A stretch of DNA of 61,550 nucleotides, counting the filler, from Hausera hauseri (lineage: Eukaryota), in the NCBI GenBank assembly GCA_046269625.1. It is 8 parts of 8 records of this genome, joined end to end, with 100 filler letters (N's around TTAATTAATTAA, not from the genome) between each part and the next. Parts side by side here need not be neighbours in the genome. Positions count along the whole stretch, not along the records: positions 30,921 to 43,533 come from JBJURY010023341.1; positions 43,634 to 47,588 come from JBJURY010860854.1; positions 47,689 to 54,266 come from JBJURY010084991.1; 5 more parts are not named here. One strand, written 5' to 3'. The translations under genes and the position numbers were made by a program. A model generated the notes under the pieces. It worked only from the letters and a program-made list of their open reading frames with translations. It was not told the DNA's origin and did not search any database. Positions 36,897 to 48,803 of this stretch are shown here, in pieces; within the stretch, counting starts at the first letter, position 1, and each line of letters starts with the position of its first letter.

Positions 36897-37454
36897 TAAT
36901 ATGCAGCAAGAGGAGTTGAGCTGCTGTTTTCTCTGAGGCCCCCAGAAGCAGGGGCCAGAGCACGGAAGACGCCGTCACAGAAGAGGAGACCTCCTGTGTT
37001 TCAACCAGGAGGTGCTGCATCCAGGCATCCAGTTAAACTCTGAGAGGAGCACAACCGAGAGTTTAAAACAGTGTTCTGGTTTTAATTAAGGGTGTGCATT
37101 TTGTCCAACTTTTGAACTAACAGTGTTGATATAACGAAGTACAAGTTTTCTGTAGTATATCATTTAATTTAGTAGACTTACAGGGACTTCAGTTAGACTA
37201 GTCTGTTAACCGTGCATGCATTTTGAATTAATTTTGCTTTACAGGTTTACAAGGGTTGATTTTTGAGTTGTTTTTTAACAAAAAAAAAAAAAAAAAAACA
37301 TTGTGTATAATCAAGTGGTATTTTATGTGACAAGTGTCTGGACTTTCTGCACTTGTTAATTGATGTTGGGTTGACATTTACACTGAAATTCTGGTATATT
37401 CAAGGTGTACACAGATCTGATAACTCTCATTTACAGGGTGTGGTGAGAACAAAC

Positions 37455-38915
37455 ATGGTTCTCATATCAAATAAGATGTTGACAGCAGGAGGGGTAATAA
37501 TGGGAATTATGATTTTTCTTGTTTTGGTGATGGAGTTTTTCTGTGTGATTCCAGGGCTTAGGCGGTGTCGACCCAGTCCTCAGAGGGCCAAGCGAGAGGG
37601 CCCGAGGATGGGGGTGTGGTCCCAGGTGCGGGATATTGATCAGTTACCGTTGAATTTGTCACACGCTTTCCAAATGAACAGTTGGTATCGGTATGCTCAA
37701 TTTTTGGCCAGGGGGCGTCATGATTCTGAATGTTATGTCTGCACCAAACTTCCTGTCACAGCTTCACATTTGCCCCTGCGTGTTAAACCCCTGGACCGGG
37801 GGCTGTCATTTTGTTTTATGCAGTACAGTTCTCGTGGTTATGGGAGGGAGCCACAGAGGTGTAAGGCCAAGCGATACGAGCTAACACAAGCAGCACAGAT
37901 GGTGGTGTTAAGTCAATTTGTGGAGTGGACCTCTAATGAGCAGTTTCCCATTTGTGTGCACCGACAACATCATCAGGACACTTATCAGGTGGCTGTGGGC
38001 TCACTGCCTCCTGAGAAGTGTCAGGCGGTGTATCACCCTGGGAATCATCACATTGGGGTACCTGGACGTAATGGAACATTTCCTGTTGAGGATCTGGCTT
38101 GGTTGTGTGGACATGCAGTATTGTTAACTCTCCCCTCTAATTGGACAGGTCTCTGCGCTCCTGTGGCCGTCACAGACGAATCGTTTCTGGTGTCTTTAAG
38201 TAATGGTTCCCATTATGTTAGGCAAAGAAGAGCTGTTGACGTCAGGCCGCATGACTCGATGTGGGGTTCAGACGTGCCTCAAAATTTTAAGCACTGGACG
38301 ACAGGTGAAAAGGTCATGCTTTCACTATTTCCTTGGGCTGGGGTTGGTAAACTCCTGTTACGTGTTGAGACTCTGGATTACCGCTTTGGAATTTTCATTA
38401 ACTCGACTATTAAAGCACTGGAGGGCATTTCGGCTGAATTGTCTGCTCTGAGGGTGATGGTTTTACAGAATAGAATGGTTTTAGATCTGTTAACAGCATC
38501 CAGAGGAGGAGTGTGTGAGGTGATTGGGGGGGATGCGTGTTGCACTTACATCCCGGATGAGAGTGGTACAGACCCTCAGGCTAGGGTGTCAGAGGCTCTA
38601 TCACAGCTTAGGGGGCTCAGGGAGGCAAAGACAGGTGATCCTCCTGCAGGATCGTTGGAGTTGTTTTCTTGGTTTACGAGTGGTTCTTGGAGTCAGGTGA
38701 TGGTCAAGATTTTGGTCCCTCCTTTGGCTATTTTGTTTCTTTTTTGTGTCTTGATGGGGTGCGTTGCACCGTGTGCAAAGATGGCTGTCTCTCGAATGAT
38801 TAGATCTGATGCAGTCGTGGGGACGGGGGCTGTGTGTCCTGTGATGCGGGCCAGCGAGGAATCCTCATCATCAGACCGCGATCACCTGCGACTGGCTGAG
38901 ACAAAGTATCTGTAG
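37455..38915 (+). CDS. env: ERV envelope glycoprotein (gamma-type class I fusion protein)
   Basis: ATG 37455 follows acceptor-like CTCTCATTTACAG; hydrophobic leader, SU CYVC, furin site RQRR, ISD LQNRMVLDLLTASRGGVC, C..CC motif, TM anchor. Confidence 0.93.
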   Translation: MVLISNKMLTAGGVIMGIMIFLVLVMEFFCVIPGLRRCRPSPQRAKREGPRMGVWSQVRDIDQLPLNLSHAFQMNSWYRYAQFLARGRHDSECYVCTKLPVTASHLPLRVKPLDRGLSFCFMQYSSRGYGREPQRCKAKRYELTQAAQMVVLSQFVEWTSNEQFPICVHRQHHQDTYQVAVGSLPPEKCQAVYHPGNHHIGVPGRNGTFPVEDLAWLCGHAVLLTLPSNWTGLCAPVAVTDESFLVSLSNGSHYVRQRRAVDVRPHDSMWGSDVPQNFKHWTTGEKVMLSLFPWAGVGKLLLRVETLDYRFGIFINSTIKALEGISAELSALRVMVLQNRMVLDLLTASRGGVCEVIGGDACCTYIPDESGTDPQARVSEALSQLRGLREAKTGDPPAGSLELFSWFTSGSWSQVMVKILVPPLAILFLFCVLMGCVAPCAKMAVSRMIRSDAVVGTGAVCPVMRASEESSSSDRDHLRLAETKYL

Positions 38916-38962
38916 TCTCCAACGTGGGATTGGTCTATCTTTTGATAGACCAAGAGAGGGAT

Positions 38963-39972
38963 TGAAGAATTTAATGTCTATCTTTTATTATTTTCTATCC
39001 AGACTGAATTGTCATGCGATAAAGTGTGTGTGTACGTGTCTTTCTTTAAAGGGTTTCACTATACTCAGAGACCTAAAATTAGTTAACAGATTAATCTACT
39101 ACATATATATAATCACACTTTAGTTAGTCCAAGTTTTAAATCAACATTCTAATATAATTACAAGCTAAAGCAAAGGAGCAAGGAGTCAGGTAAGATACTT
39201 ACTACTTCATTCCATCATTTTAATCACAACTACATGTCAGCTTATGTTTTAAATTACTTTACTAATACATTAGAAATAGCAGCACAAATATTAAGCTAAT
39301 AGTAGATTGCAAGTAGTAGTGACATTATTAACTAAACTACACTAAGAACATTAGATTACTAAAAAACCAGGGTCACGGTATCAGTCTCCAAGTGAAACAC
39401 TTCATGTGTGAAAAGACCACAGCTGCAGCTAAGGGAGGGGGTTGGGTAACTCACTAAACTTCTAAACAAATATAGCATTAAAGGGTTATCAATTAACAAC
39501 ACTTAAACATATTATAGGTAATAATAATTAACAGACATTAATTATTATTATAACAAATTAACACACAAATGGTGTAACGCCAATAAGGCCGAATAAATAC
39601 GTTAACTTAAAAACACAAATGAAGTGATCTCAGTAAAAGTCATAGAACATCGTTATCTATGGAATGTAGACATTTTTACGGCCTTGACGGGCAGAGAGGC
39701 ACTGTCTCCAACGCAAACTAACCTCTTAACCAATCAGATGCCTACACTCCTAAAAACAGTGATAAAACCCAGAAACACAAAGACTCCATCGAGCATTTGT
39801 TGGCAGAACTCATCTGATCAGGTCGGTTTTAAATGCTCCTGTATGCATACACATCTGTGTTCATTTGTGATGGTTTAACTCTGTATACTTGTAACCCCTG
39901 TGTTCAATAAATCTTTTAAACTAAGGTGCTCGTCTCAGCTGTTTTGAACACGATCAAGTGCCTGCCACTTCA
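38963..39972 (+). repeat. ERV LTR (~1010 nt)
   Basis: TGAAG...CTTCA termini; PPT AAGAGAGGGA just upstream; CCAAT 39730, TATA-like GATAAAA 39761, AATAAA 39906. Confidence 0.9.
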
Positions 39973-39975
39973 ACA

Positions 39976-39993
39976 TGGTGACCCCGATCGTGC
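39976..39993 (+). promoter_or_regulatory. primer-binding site, tRNA-Trp
   Basis: TGGTGACCCCGA(T)CGTG versus canonical Trp PBS TGGTGACCCCGACGTGAT; splice-donor-like AG|GTAAGC at 40074. Confidence 0.88.
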
Positions 39994-41292
39994 AGCGAGG
40001 CGCACTGTTGGCTGATTGGAACGAGTGATTGGTGTTCACACGCAGACGAAAGGGCCCTACAGGAAAAACGAAGGTAAGCTGGATACCTGGCCTATACAGG
40101 TCCGAATTTCTCAGCTATTTGGCCGTAAACCAAATTTTTTAGCGTCTGTGTGTGGATTCTGACCATCTCCGGAAATAAAGGTGGTTATTTAAGTTAATAC
40201 AGCGATTAGTGACGTTTCTGTCGCTGGGGTTACGTTTATACAGACCGGGTGCGCGCAGCACGCTTCGTGCGTGTGCGTGTGGGTTTCTCACGGCTTTGCT
40301 GCTTGTATGCGCTGTCTTTTTCTGTTTTATTAGTTAGTTACACGGCCTGGGGTCGTGTACCAGGTGTTTGGAACACGCTGGAGTAAACGCATTTCCCTTG
40401 CTGCGCACTGGCGAGAAACCGTCCCTCTGACGAGAGAGGCGTAATGATCTGGGATCGAGCTCCGGCCACGTCATCCGGGGGGAGGATTGCGGCACCCTGC
40501 TTTGACGTAATTTTGTAGTTTAATTAAAGGGAAATGCAAAAAAGTCTGGGACTTTTAGATCAGTTTTGACCTAAATTTCTATGGTCTGGGACCATTTTAG
40601 TTGTAGGGCTTCACTTTCTTCTTCATTTTTGCCGTGGTTGGTGGTTGTTTTTGGTTGTGCTGTGGACGTGAGAGACGTGAGGCAGAGGGCTGCAGCGTGT
40701 GGACAGCACAAAGAAAAAAAAAAAAAAAAAAAGAGGGGGTTTGGTGACGTCAGAGAGACATTTTGTGTGTGCGCGCCTCAAACAGAGAGTGTCTCTGTGT
40801 GAGTGTCTCTCTGCGGGTGTCTGCGCATGTGTGTGAGTGCTGCTGGAGTCTGTGTGTGTGTCTTGGTTTGTGTGGATGCGTGCCTCTGTCTTGATGTTTG
40901 TGACTGCTGTGTGAGAGAAAAGGGTAAAAAGGGGGGAGTGATTCTCTCTCTCTGCGTGTCAGCGTGCCTGGAGGTCGAAGGGGAGATTTTTTTCCCTTTT
41001 CCTCTGTGTGTGTGTGTGAATCTAACGGAGCCTACCTCGGCCGACTGTGTGTGAAGTTATTTTTTCTTTTTTTTCTTTTCCTTTCCTTCAGTGACCTGGC
41101 ATTGAAATAATACTGATGTGAGTGGGGCATCCATAGCCTGACCACAAGGGGGCGCTGTTGTATAAGGCAGATACAAGTCTGGAAGTTGGCTATTCTGACA
41201 CCAGATTTGTGACTGCATTGTCACAATAGAGCTAGAAGTGACTGATAATAAAACAATTTGAGTGTCTGGGGAAGGGTGAGTGTGTCTAAAAG

Positions 41293-42528
41293 ATGGAGCT
41301 CATAAATAAGAAACAAGTGAGTCCTGTGGAAACTTTACAGGAACAAGCAAAGAGAGTCACAGCTGTGATCAAAGTGATACATGCAGCGAATACAGGAAAA
41401 TGCAGAGAGTTGGAGAAACTTTTAGCCCAGCTGATCCAAGCTGAGGAAAACTCCTCAGAGACGCTTACACAACTAGTTTGGGATAAAGTTAAAGGACAAA
41501 ACAAACAAATTCAGGAACTTAATGAAGAATTGCTGACCTCCAAATCATTTATAACGCGCCAGAAAATAGAAAAAAAACAACAGACACGCAGACAAATACA
41601 GGCAATGTATGAACAATTAGCATTACTCTGTCAGAGTGTACAAAACTTGGGTGAAACAGAAAAAAGTGATCCACCGCCTTATCCAGCAGAAAGGATTGAA
41701 CCAACGGCGCCACCTGCTGGACTTTATCCTGTGTTGCAAGAGCAGAAAGGCAGAGTATCATTTGAGGAGACAGATGCTGAGGAAGGGAATCAGGACAGTG
41801 ATTTAGGAGGAATTTCTGGCAGAATGAGGGCACAGAGGCGGCAGCGATATCTGGATGAGTTGGATGCACGTGAGGAGGAGCTTGACAGACGGGCGCGGGT
41901 GTCATACAGTCCATGTGAGAGGGAGAGAGATGAAGGATGGACAGAGAGTCCAGGAGCTAGTGTAAAACATCGCACTAAAACTAAACATCTGAGAGAGGGT
42001 AGAACTACCAATAGCCCGAGGGAGAGACAAAACACACTGTTTATTGAGGGTTCATTGACAGGAACAGTCGAGGTAACAGAGGGGGTGCCTGAGAGGGGAG
42101 TGACAACAGGCAGGTTGAGGGGGCAGCCTGAAAAGTGGTCAAATGTTGGTCCAGGGAAAAAAGAGGTAAAATCAGCTCGTGACGAGGAGGAGACTGAGAC
42201 AGCGTCAGAATCAGATCCAGATAGGTACAGCATTGTTTCTCAACTTCCTTTATTGAGTACTCAGGGACCAACAGGTGCAGTAGCCAATTACAAGCCGTTC
42301 CATGTGCGTGATTTGGAGTCAATAACTGAGAAGTTGCCACCGTTAGCACAAGGGGGAGGCAGATGGTTGGAGAAGTTTAATGCTCTCACATTAGGGGTGA
42401 CCCTGGCATTGGGGGATCTGAATGCCATTTTTGCTCGATGTGCAAATCATGCCACAGTCGAGACGTACATGCACTCCATGGTAGCGACCGCTAGGGGTCA
42501 GTACAGAATATTAGAAATACCTGATTGA
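41293..42528 (+). pseudogene. gag: ERV Gag, copy 2 (N-terminus intact, truncated inside capsid)
   Basis: 41801 onward aligns without gaps to 30921 onward (offset 10880); PPPY at 41671 and PTAP at 41701; homology ends abruptly at ~42526. Confidence 0.92.
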
Positions 42529-43362
42529 GAAATAAAGTAACAGAAATACATGTCGACATAATACATGATTGGTCAATGATAAGTCATATGATTAGTTAAC
42601 TGCAAAAACCATATGATTAGCGCAAAATAAACTTTGCCACCAGCTACACCTCCCAGTATTCGAGTTTAGATCTTTGAAACAATAGCAGACTTGAAGCATT
42701 TTTGAAGATAAGTACAGAAATAAGTTTTCTAACACTTTTTTCTGCACAGATTCTGAGGACAGCTGTGTGTCTGGGAAAGAGTCCAAGGTAACCCACAGAA
42801 ACACGCCCACATATACTGACATTTGCTTTTAAAAGACTAATATTGTTCTCTGTTTATTTACTGAACCCAGGAGGTGAAGGAGGAGGAAGCGGAAAGAGAT
42901 GAGATGAAGGAAGCCATGAGGGCATGAAGAGTTTCCTAAATGCAGAAATGTTGAAGACATAAAAACGTTTTCCATGCACACCTCAAAACAACTGTTCTAA
43001 CATCTTAATGCTAATCCTGCATGGCAGCGATGCCTCTGTGGAGGAAACCACATCTGGGTGCATATTTACAGAAAAGGTACAAGCAAATGACATGAAAATG
43101 TATGCTTTTATGTAGTTATTCAGCAAATCAGTGGTTATTTAACAGTTACATGCAGTTATTCACCGTTATTCAGCAAACATCTGTAGTTGTTCAGCATTAT
43201 TCAGGAGATCTCTGTAGTTATTAACCGTGTAGTTATTCGGCAAACACATTTTGAGTCTGCCTGTGAGTGAGCTCTATCCTCTGCAGTGATCTCTGATATT
43301 TCAGGATCAGTGATTAAACTGAAACCAAAGTGCATTCCTCTCTGGTGACGGACGCCACTCAC

Positions 43363-43533
43363 CCGTCTGCGACAGAACGGTAAACCTTGCGCGATGATGT
43401 TGATGCTAAAGATCTTGAGTACTTTCTGGGGCGGTAACGATTTGGAGGCGATGTCCTTGGGGTCTTTCAGGTCCAAGGCCTGGCTCTCCTGCGGGACGCG
43501 TACAGCCTTCTCCTTCTCAGTGGCAGCATTTGG
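43363..43533 (-). CDS. fbxw7: FBXW7 gamma-isoform-specific exon (5' part cut by contig end)
   Basis: ...DLKDPKDIASKSLPPQKVLKIFSINIIAQGLPFCRRR followed by phase-0 donor GTGAGT; resembles vertebrate FBXW7-gamma ...VMKIFSISIIAQGLPFCRRR|MKRK. Confidence 0.88.
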
Positions 43534-43633
43534 NNNNNNNNNNNNNNNNNNNNNNNNNNNNNNNNNNNNNNNNNNNNTTAATTAATTAANNNNNNNNNNN
43601 NNNNNNNNNNNNNNNNNNNNNNNNNNNNNNNNN
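43534..43633. other. artificial contig spacer
   Basis: same 100-nt linker. Confidence 0.99.
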
Positions 43634-44080
43634 AAACTTCCGTGTCCGAATATATAATTATATATATTATCTGTTCTGTTTCATTCTACTTATTTCATAA
43701 GTAAGCATAACATATATCTAAAATTTTAGAATAAGGATAGGGAAATAAAATTTCTTATTTTCAAGGACTTGTGTGGATCTTATAATTTTCTATATAAAAT
43801 TAATTTAAGATTCAGTGAATCTTCAAAATTTTTTCATTAATAAATTACTTTAATTTATTATTTTCAGATTTAGAACTTAACGTAATTGTACTAGAAGCTG
43901 AACAACTTGACTTCCAGAAGTCTCTCTATTAATCAAAATTTAAAAACTAATCTGTTTTAATAATACTATATAAGAATTCGTCAAATCACAGATTTTTATG
44001 GACAGTGCATATTTACCAAAATGTTCGAAATACCATATTACGTGGGACAAGTGGTAGTCCTTCCCTGATTAAATTTCCAA

Positions 44081-44302
44081 ATGACAATCACTTATATCAA
44101 CACTGTTGCAACGTCGCGTTATTGGACTTTCTTACGATTATTACTCAGGTTTATTTTATTATCATTATTTATTGACGTCAGTTTCTGTCAGATGGAAAGG
44201 CAGTATTTATAAAATTATTTGGTTTGAATTATTAATTTTCACTCTTCTATATGCCGGTTTATCTCTTTTATACCGTTTTGGATTATATGGATTTTACAAA
44301 AG
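44081..44302 (+). CDS. bestrophin, first two coding exons (44081-44148, 44192-44302; 43-nt intron)
   Basis: spliced MTITYINTVATSRYWTFLRLLLR|WKGSIYKIIWFELLIFTLLYAGLSLLYRF; GT..AG intron; downstream exons not found. Confidence 0.88.
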
Positions 44303-44794
44303 GTATTTTGTTTGTTGTAGATTTGGTTATTATAATATTAACGTTCTTTTCTTAGAGCATTAGACGATTGTCGATTGGAATAGTGTAGTTGTCATGTCTA
44401 ATGCTCCAAGAATGACACAGTGCAGTCCTCGCCAACTTAAGTTAATTATTATAAAATGTTTGATAAATGTCGCTCATCTACAGTTCGTTACTTTGTCACA
44501 TTAATTTAATGCATGCTCTTGTTTGGAGTTTTTAATTAAATACTTAATGTGCCGTTAATGTGTTATTGCTGAATATTATCAAAATCGAGAATTGATTAGA
44601 ATGTTGTATTTTGGAAATATTTTGTAAATTTGTCTGTTTTATGAAAATATAAATCATTTCATCGTCGAATTGGATGTGGTAAAACGTCAGCGATTGTGTT
44701 CTATCCTTTTTATTGGCGCGTGCTAATTTTCATGGTCCTTTTGTTGTGTATCACACTCACAATGGAACTTTTCTTAGTCAGAGACATGGGAAAT

Positions 44795-45240
44795 ATAATG
44801 ATGATTGACATTATGAAAATTTTTTGCTAAGGAAACAAAAATAGCGCTCGCACTTGTTCAATTCCCCCACTGTGTTTAGGAATTCTGTATGTTGACAAAT
44901 TTTTCGTTCCTTTTTCTGACTAATTTTTCTATAGTGTTTTATTGGCGTTCAATCAATTTAAACAATATCCATTAAATATTTGATCTATGGTCTGTGTTAG
45001 TCATGTTTATGGACAAAATTTATTCATGGGAAAATATGTGATTGTTAATAAAACGAATACACTTCGCATTTACAGAACATCAAGAAAATACGATAAATCG
45101 AAAATTAACTTGAGAACAGGAACGAAAATGTCAAAGTTCAAAATTCCTTAATGTATTGCGGGGGTGGGAGATTTGAACAAGTGCGAAAAGGCTGTCTTGG
45201 TTGTCCAAAAGTTTTTTCATATAATTAATCAGCATTATTA
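44795..45240. mobile_element. MITE-like element with ~130-nt degenerate TIRs
   Basis: TCGCACTTGTTCAA / TTGAACAAGTGCGA and TTTTCGTTCCT / AGGAACGAAAA are colinear inverted matches. Confidence 0.7.
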
Positions 45241-45464
45241 GAGCGATTCAATAAAATGAAAGTGTGAAAATCAAGTTCCCCAACACAAAATTTTATATCA
45301 CTTCGCAAGAATTTACAGGATTATTTTCAGATTTGTTATTTAATATTTAAAACTTACTGAATGCAGACAAAGTTTTACATTATGAGCTAATACGACATTA
45401 GTACAGTACAATATGTGTTGACGGTCTTGCCAGTGTTCTAATGTTGTTTACATCAGTCATTTGA

Positions 45465-47588
45465 ATTAGTGTACAGCATCATTATAATCTGCTTCACTGT
45501 GTTCCACAACTCCAGTCTTTGATGGTATGTTATAATGCTTCCAGTGGTGTTGAACAAGTTGGAAGAGAAACTGTTTCTGTTCTTCATCGCGTGTTATCGA
45601 CGAATTGAACTCCTGGATTAATGCAACACTAGATCATTTACTACATTCAGCGAATGAACAATCATCCTATTGGCTCCAGTTGGATGGGTCAAGATCCAGA
45701 AATTAGCAGGGCAAGTTCGGAATTGTGAAAAAATTGGCAGTTGTTGTAACAAAGTCATTCAAATGTTTTGATGATAGTTTGTCAACCGGTTTAATTCTTT
45801 CAAGGGAATTCTGAGAACCTTGATTATTCATAAGAGCCATCACCATATTTCTCTTCAGCATCTGAAACTTGTTCGTCAAAGAAAGTTAACCCCATAAGTA
45901 TTTCGAAACAGTACCACGGATGACGCTTGAATGCTATAATGGCAGCATTTGCAACAACTGTTTCAGGATAATTGGTCACTAACTTCAACAGCTCAAGGTC
46001 GTTTCCTGGTGCTGCTGCAGCCGATATACAGGTAGACCAGTACTTAGCATATGCAGCTGTTACAAAGAGACTAACTTTTTTTAAGTGACCCCATACTTCA
46101 TTGTGGAGGTCTGCAACTCCCTGAGTGTTAGGCGCTGATTTCTTTGGAGTATACTGATTTTGAAAGAGCCACATTTTATACTGCAGATGGCTCTGTACAT
46201 TTACTGTGACCTATGGATAGCTCCAGGCTTTTAGGAGCAAGTTTCGGGTGGATTATTTCCGCCAAGAAAGATAATTGTCAGTTCCAAAAGTTCGCAGTAG
46301 TCGTCTCTTGGCTGCAATGTCTTAAGGTGGCTTACTGCAAACTCGATTACATTGTCTCCCGATGGAGCAATAACATCTGATATGGTTGGATCATCCAGAG
46401 AAGTGCTGAAATTAGCCCTAATAATGTTGGGCTAGTAATCCATATATTACCAAACAGTTCGATGTTGTCAGATTAGCTGATGTCAGATAGACTGAAGACG
46501 TGTTGCAGAACAATTTCAGGTATGTTATGGCGGCACGGCAAGTGGAGAAGATCACGACCAAACTCTTCTTCCAGCAGTACTCCTGCTCCACCTTCTAATC
46601 CAGTGTTTGAAGCAGTAGAGTCAAAACATAGACCTTGGACCCGATCACGCAATTCTCAGTCATCAACCGTGGTGAGTACTGCCTGTGTAATTACTACTGC
46701 TATTCCATTGGGAAGCTTTGGTACTTCAAGCAACTTTACAACATCAAGATCGGGCACTAGTATCGACAAACGTTCCACTTTTCACAGGAAGGTGACATAG
46801 ATATGTTTTCCATAATCTTACCGTCCCAATGTAACACCAAAATGCGTCTTTGATCTCTGGCTAGTAACTGATGACTCTTAATTCTTGTTCTAGGAGCAGA
46901 ACTGCAACTTTTAGCCAGATTAGCAACGACACCATCACTCTTGTTGGTAGAAGCCACTGCAATCAGAATGTGAGCAGCTATACGATCACTGGTGTTCGTT
47001 CTGACTAACGTAGCAGCAACCTGCATACTAACCTTGGACAGTTTCCAGTTACGGAATTGCTGGGATTTAATGACACTGTACCTATGGAACAAGGTGGAAT
47101 TTCAAAATCAGAATCTGATTAGTCGCTTATTTCACTGGACGACTGTTGAGGCTCCTCATTGAAAGAACTGACAATTGTTGCACACTGTGAATTCATTCTT
47201 TTTTCATACTTTGAAGCAGCAGTTTTTCTCTTCAGCACACGCTTCACTGTATGGTACAATTTACGATCAACTCCCGCCATTGTTCTCCGGCAGCCTTTCT
47301 CCTTCTGTGCTTCAAGAAAGTGACGATCTTCTTCAATCGTAATGATCTTCATGTAATCTTGATGCGCTACATCAAAAAGGTCATGCAGGTTAGTTTTAAA
47401 CGCCCCTTAATTTGCAACATCCGTCTCAGACTTTCTGTTGATATTTTTCACTCACATGATTAGTTGCTTTCGTTGGGATTCTTGACCTTTCCCATGCGTC
47501 AAGCAATTTCTTTTTTTCTTTGACTCTGTCCGTTAATATCATGTTAACACGATTGTGGTGATGAAATAGAACCCGGAGAACATCCCTT
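45465..47588 (-). mobile_element. decayed hAT-related (tentatively hATm-like) transposase
   Basis: LHWDGK, LCFDSTASNTG, LLHLPCRH, QPRDDYCELLEL, RHPWY, ALIQEFNSSITRDEEQKQFL; many frameshifts; same group as 3843-4842. Confidence 0.82.
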
Positions 47589-47688
47589 NNNNNNNNNNNN
47601 NNNNNNNNNNNNNNNNNNNNNNNNNNNNNNNNTTAATTAATTAANNNNNNNNNNNNNNNNNNNNNNNNNNNNNNNNNNNNNNNNNNNN
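47589..47688. other. artificial contig spacer
   Basis: same 100-nt linker. Confidence 0.99.
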
Positions 47689-47699
47689 TTGTCATATTG

Positions 47700-48672
47700 T
47701 AGTTATTGCTTATGTAGTTTATTATTATTTCTATTCCGGAATGGGATAGCATAATTGGCATTGCTTTATTATTTCTTCCTTCTTATCCGTTAGTATCCAT
47801 ATCTTGCTTGTTCTTGTCTTTAATATGCCATTTCCTATTAAAAATTTCCAATGCTCTTTCTTTGAGGTGTCCTCTTTTATTTTTTCAATTTCTTTGCTGC
47901 CTCATTAATATGAATATGCTTTCGTTGCTTCAACTGTGTTTATCCTCCTAGTCTTGATCTTATGTGTTTTGGCCTCTTCGTGAGCTAAAAAGCATTGGCT
48001 GCATGTGCCGAAATTGGTCCGGCATAACATGTCGGCGTTTGCGTGATTTGTTCCTTTCCTGTATTTTAGTCTTATGTCTGAACTTGACAGATAGTTTATC
48101 CAGGTTTGGAATTGTGCTGTTATCGGCTTTTTTGTTTTCAACATGAAGGTAATGACCTTGTGATCCGTTCTCAGTGTAAATCTTCTTCCATACAAGGAAT
48201 GATTAAAATGTTGACTGAAGTAGTAGCCAGCAACTCCTTCCGTGTAATTCAATAGCCATTTTCGCGATTATTCATTCCGTGTGATTCGTATACAATCACT
48301 CTTCTATGCCCGGTGCTGTTTTTCTGTGATAATACTACTCCAATCGTATCGTAGCTGGCATCTGTGTCCAGAATAAATTCCTTCTTGAAGTCTGGAAACC
48401 CCTGTATTGGTGGGGACGTCAAAGCCATCTTCATTGCTTCAAATGCTTCGTTGCAAGACTCGATCCATACCAATTTTTGTTGTTCGGTCCGCACATCTGT
48501 TCTAATGCATTAGCTTTTGTGGCGTATCCTTGAATTAATCTCTTGTAGTAATTGTAAATCCCTATAAAGTTTCTCAGATTTTTTACACATTTTGGTTTCT
48601 CCAACGATCTGATGGAGTTCCAGCTTGGATGGATCCGTTTGTATTCCTTTGTTATTCAGAATGTGGCCTAAG
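47700..48672 (-). mobile_element. Ty3/gypsy pol fragment (RT thumb and RNase H)
   Basis: LGHILNNKGIQTDP, FILDTDASYDTIGVVLSQ, FTLRTDHK, YRKGTNHANAD; stops and frameshifts. Confidence 0.9.
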
Positions 48673-48803
48673 TGTGGTGCTGCGGTCGCGGACACAAATC
48701 GTGTCCCCACTAAAATGCTGATCGTGTGAGTGAGGTAATTCATCAGCAAATATGTTATAAGATGCAGCAGCTCACGAGGAATTGACAGATTCTGATTTGA
48801 CAA
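48673..48803 (+). repeat. ~130-nt TG...CA unit (solo-LTR-like), copy 1
   Basis: TGTGGTG...TTGACAA; closely similar inverted copy at 52753-52881. Confidence 0.8.

Noticed and set aside
40581-41054. Cys/Val-rich accessory ORFs in the ERV leader
   Set aside because: Produced by TG-rich low-complexity leader sequence; no motif support.
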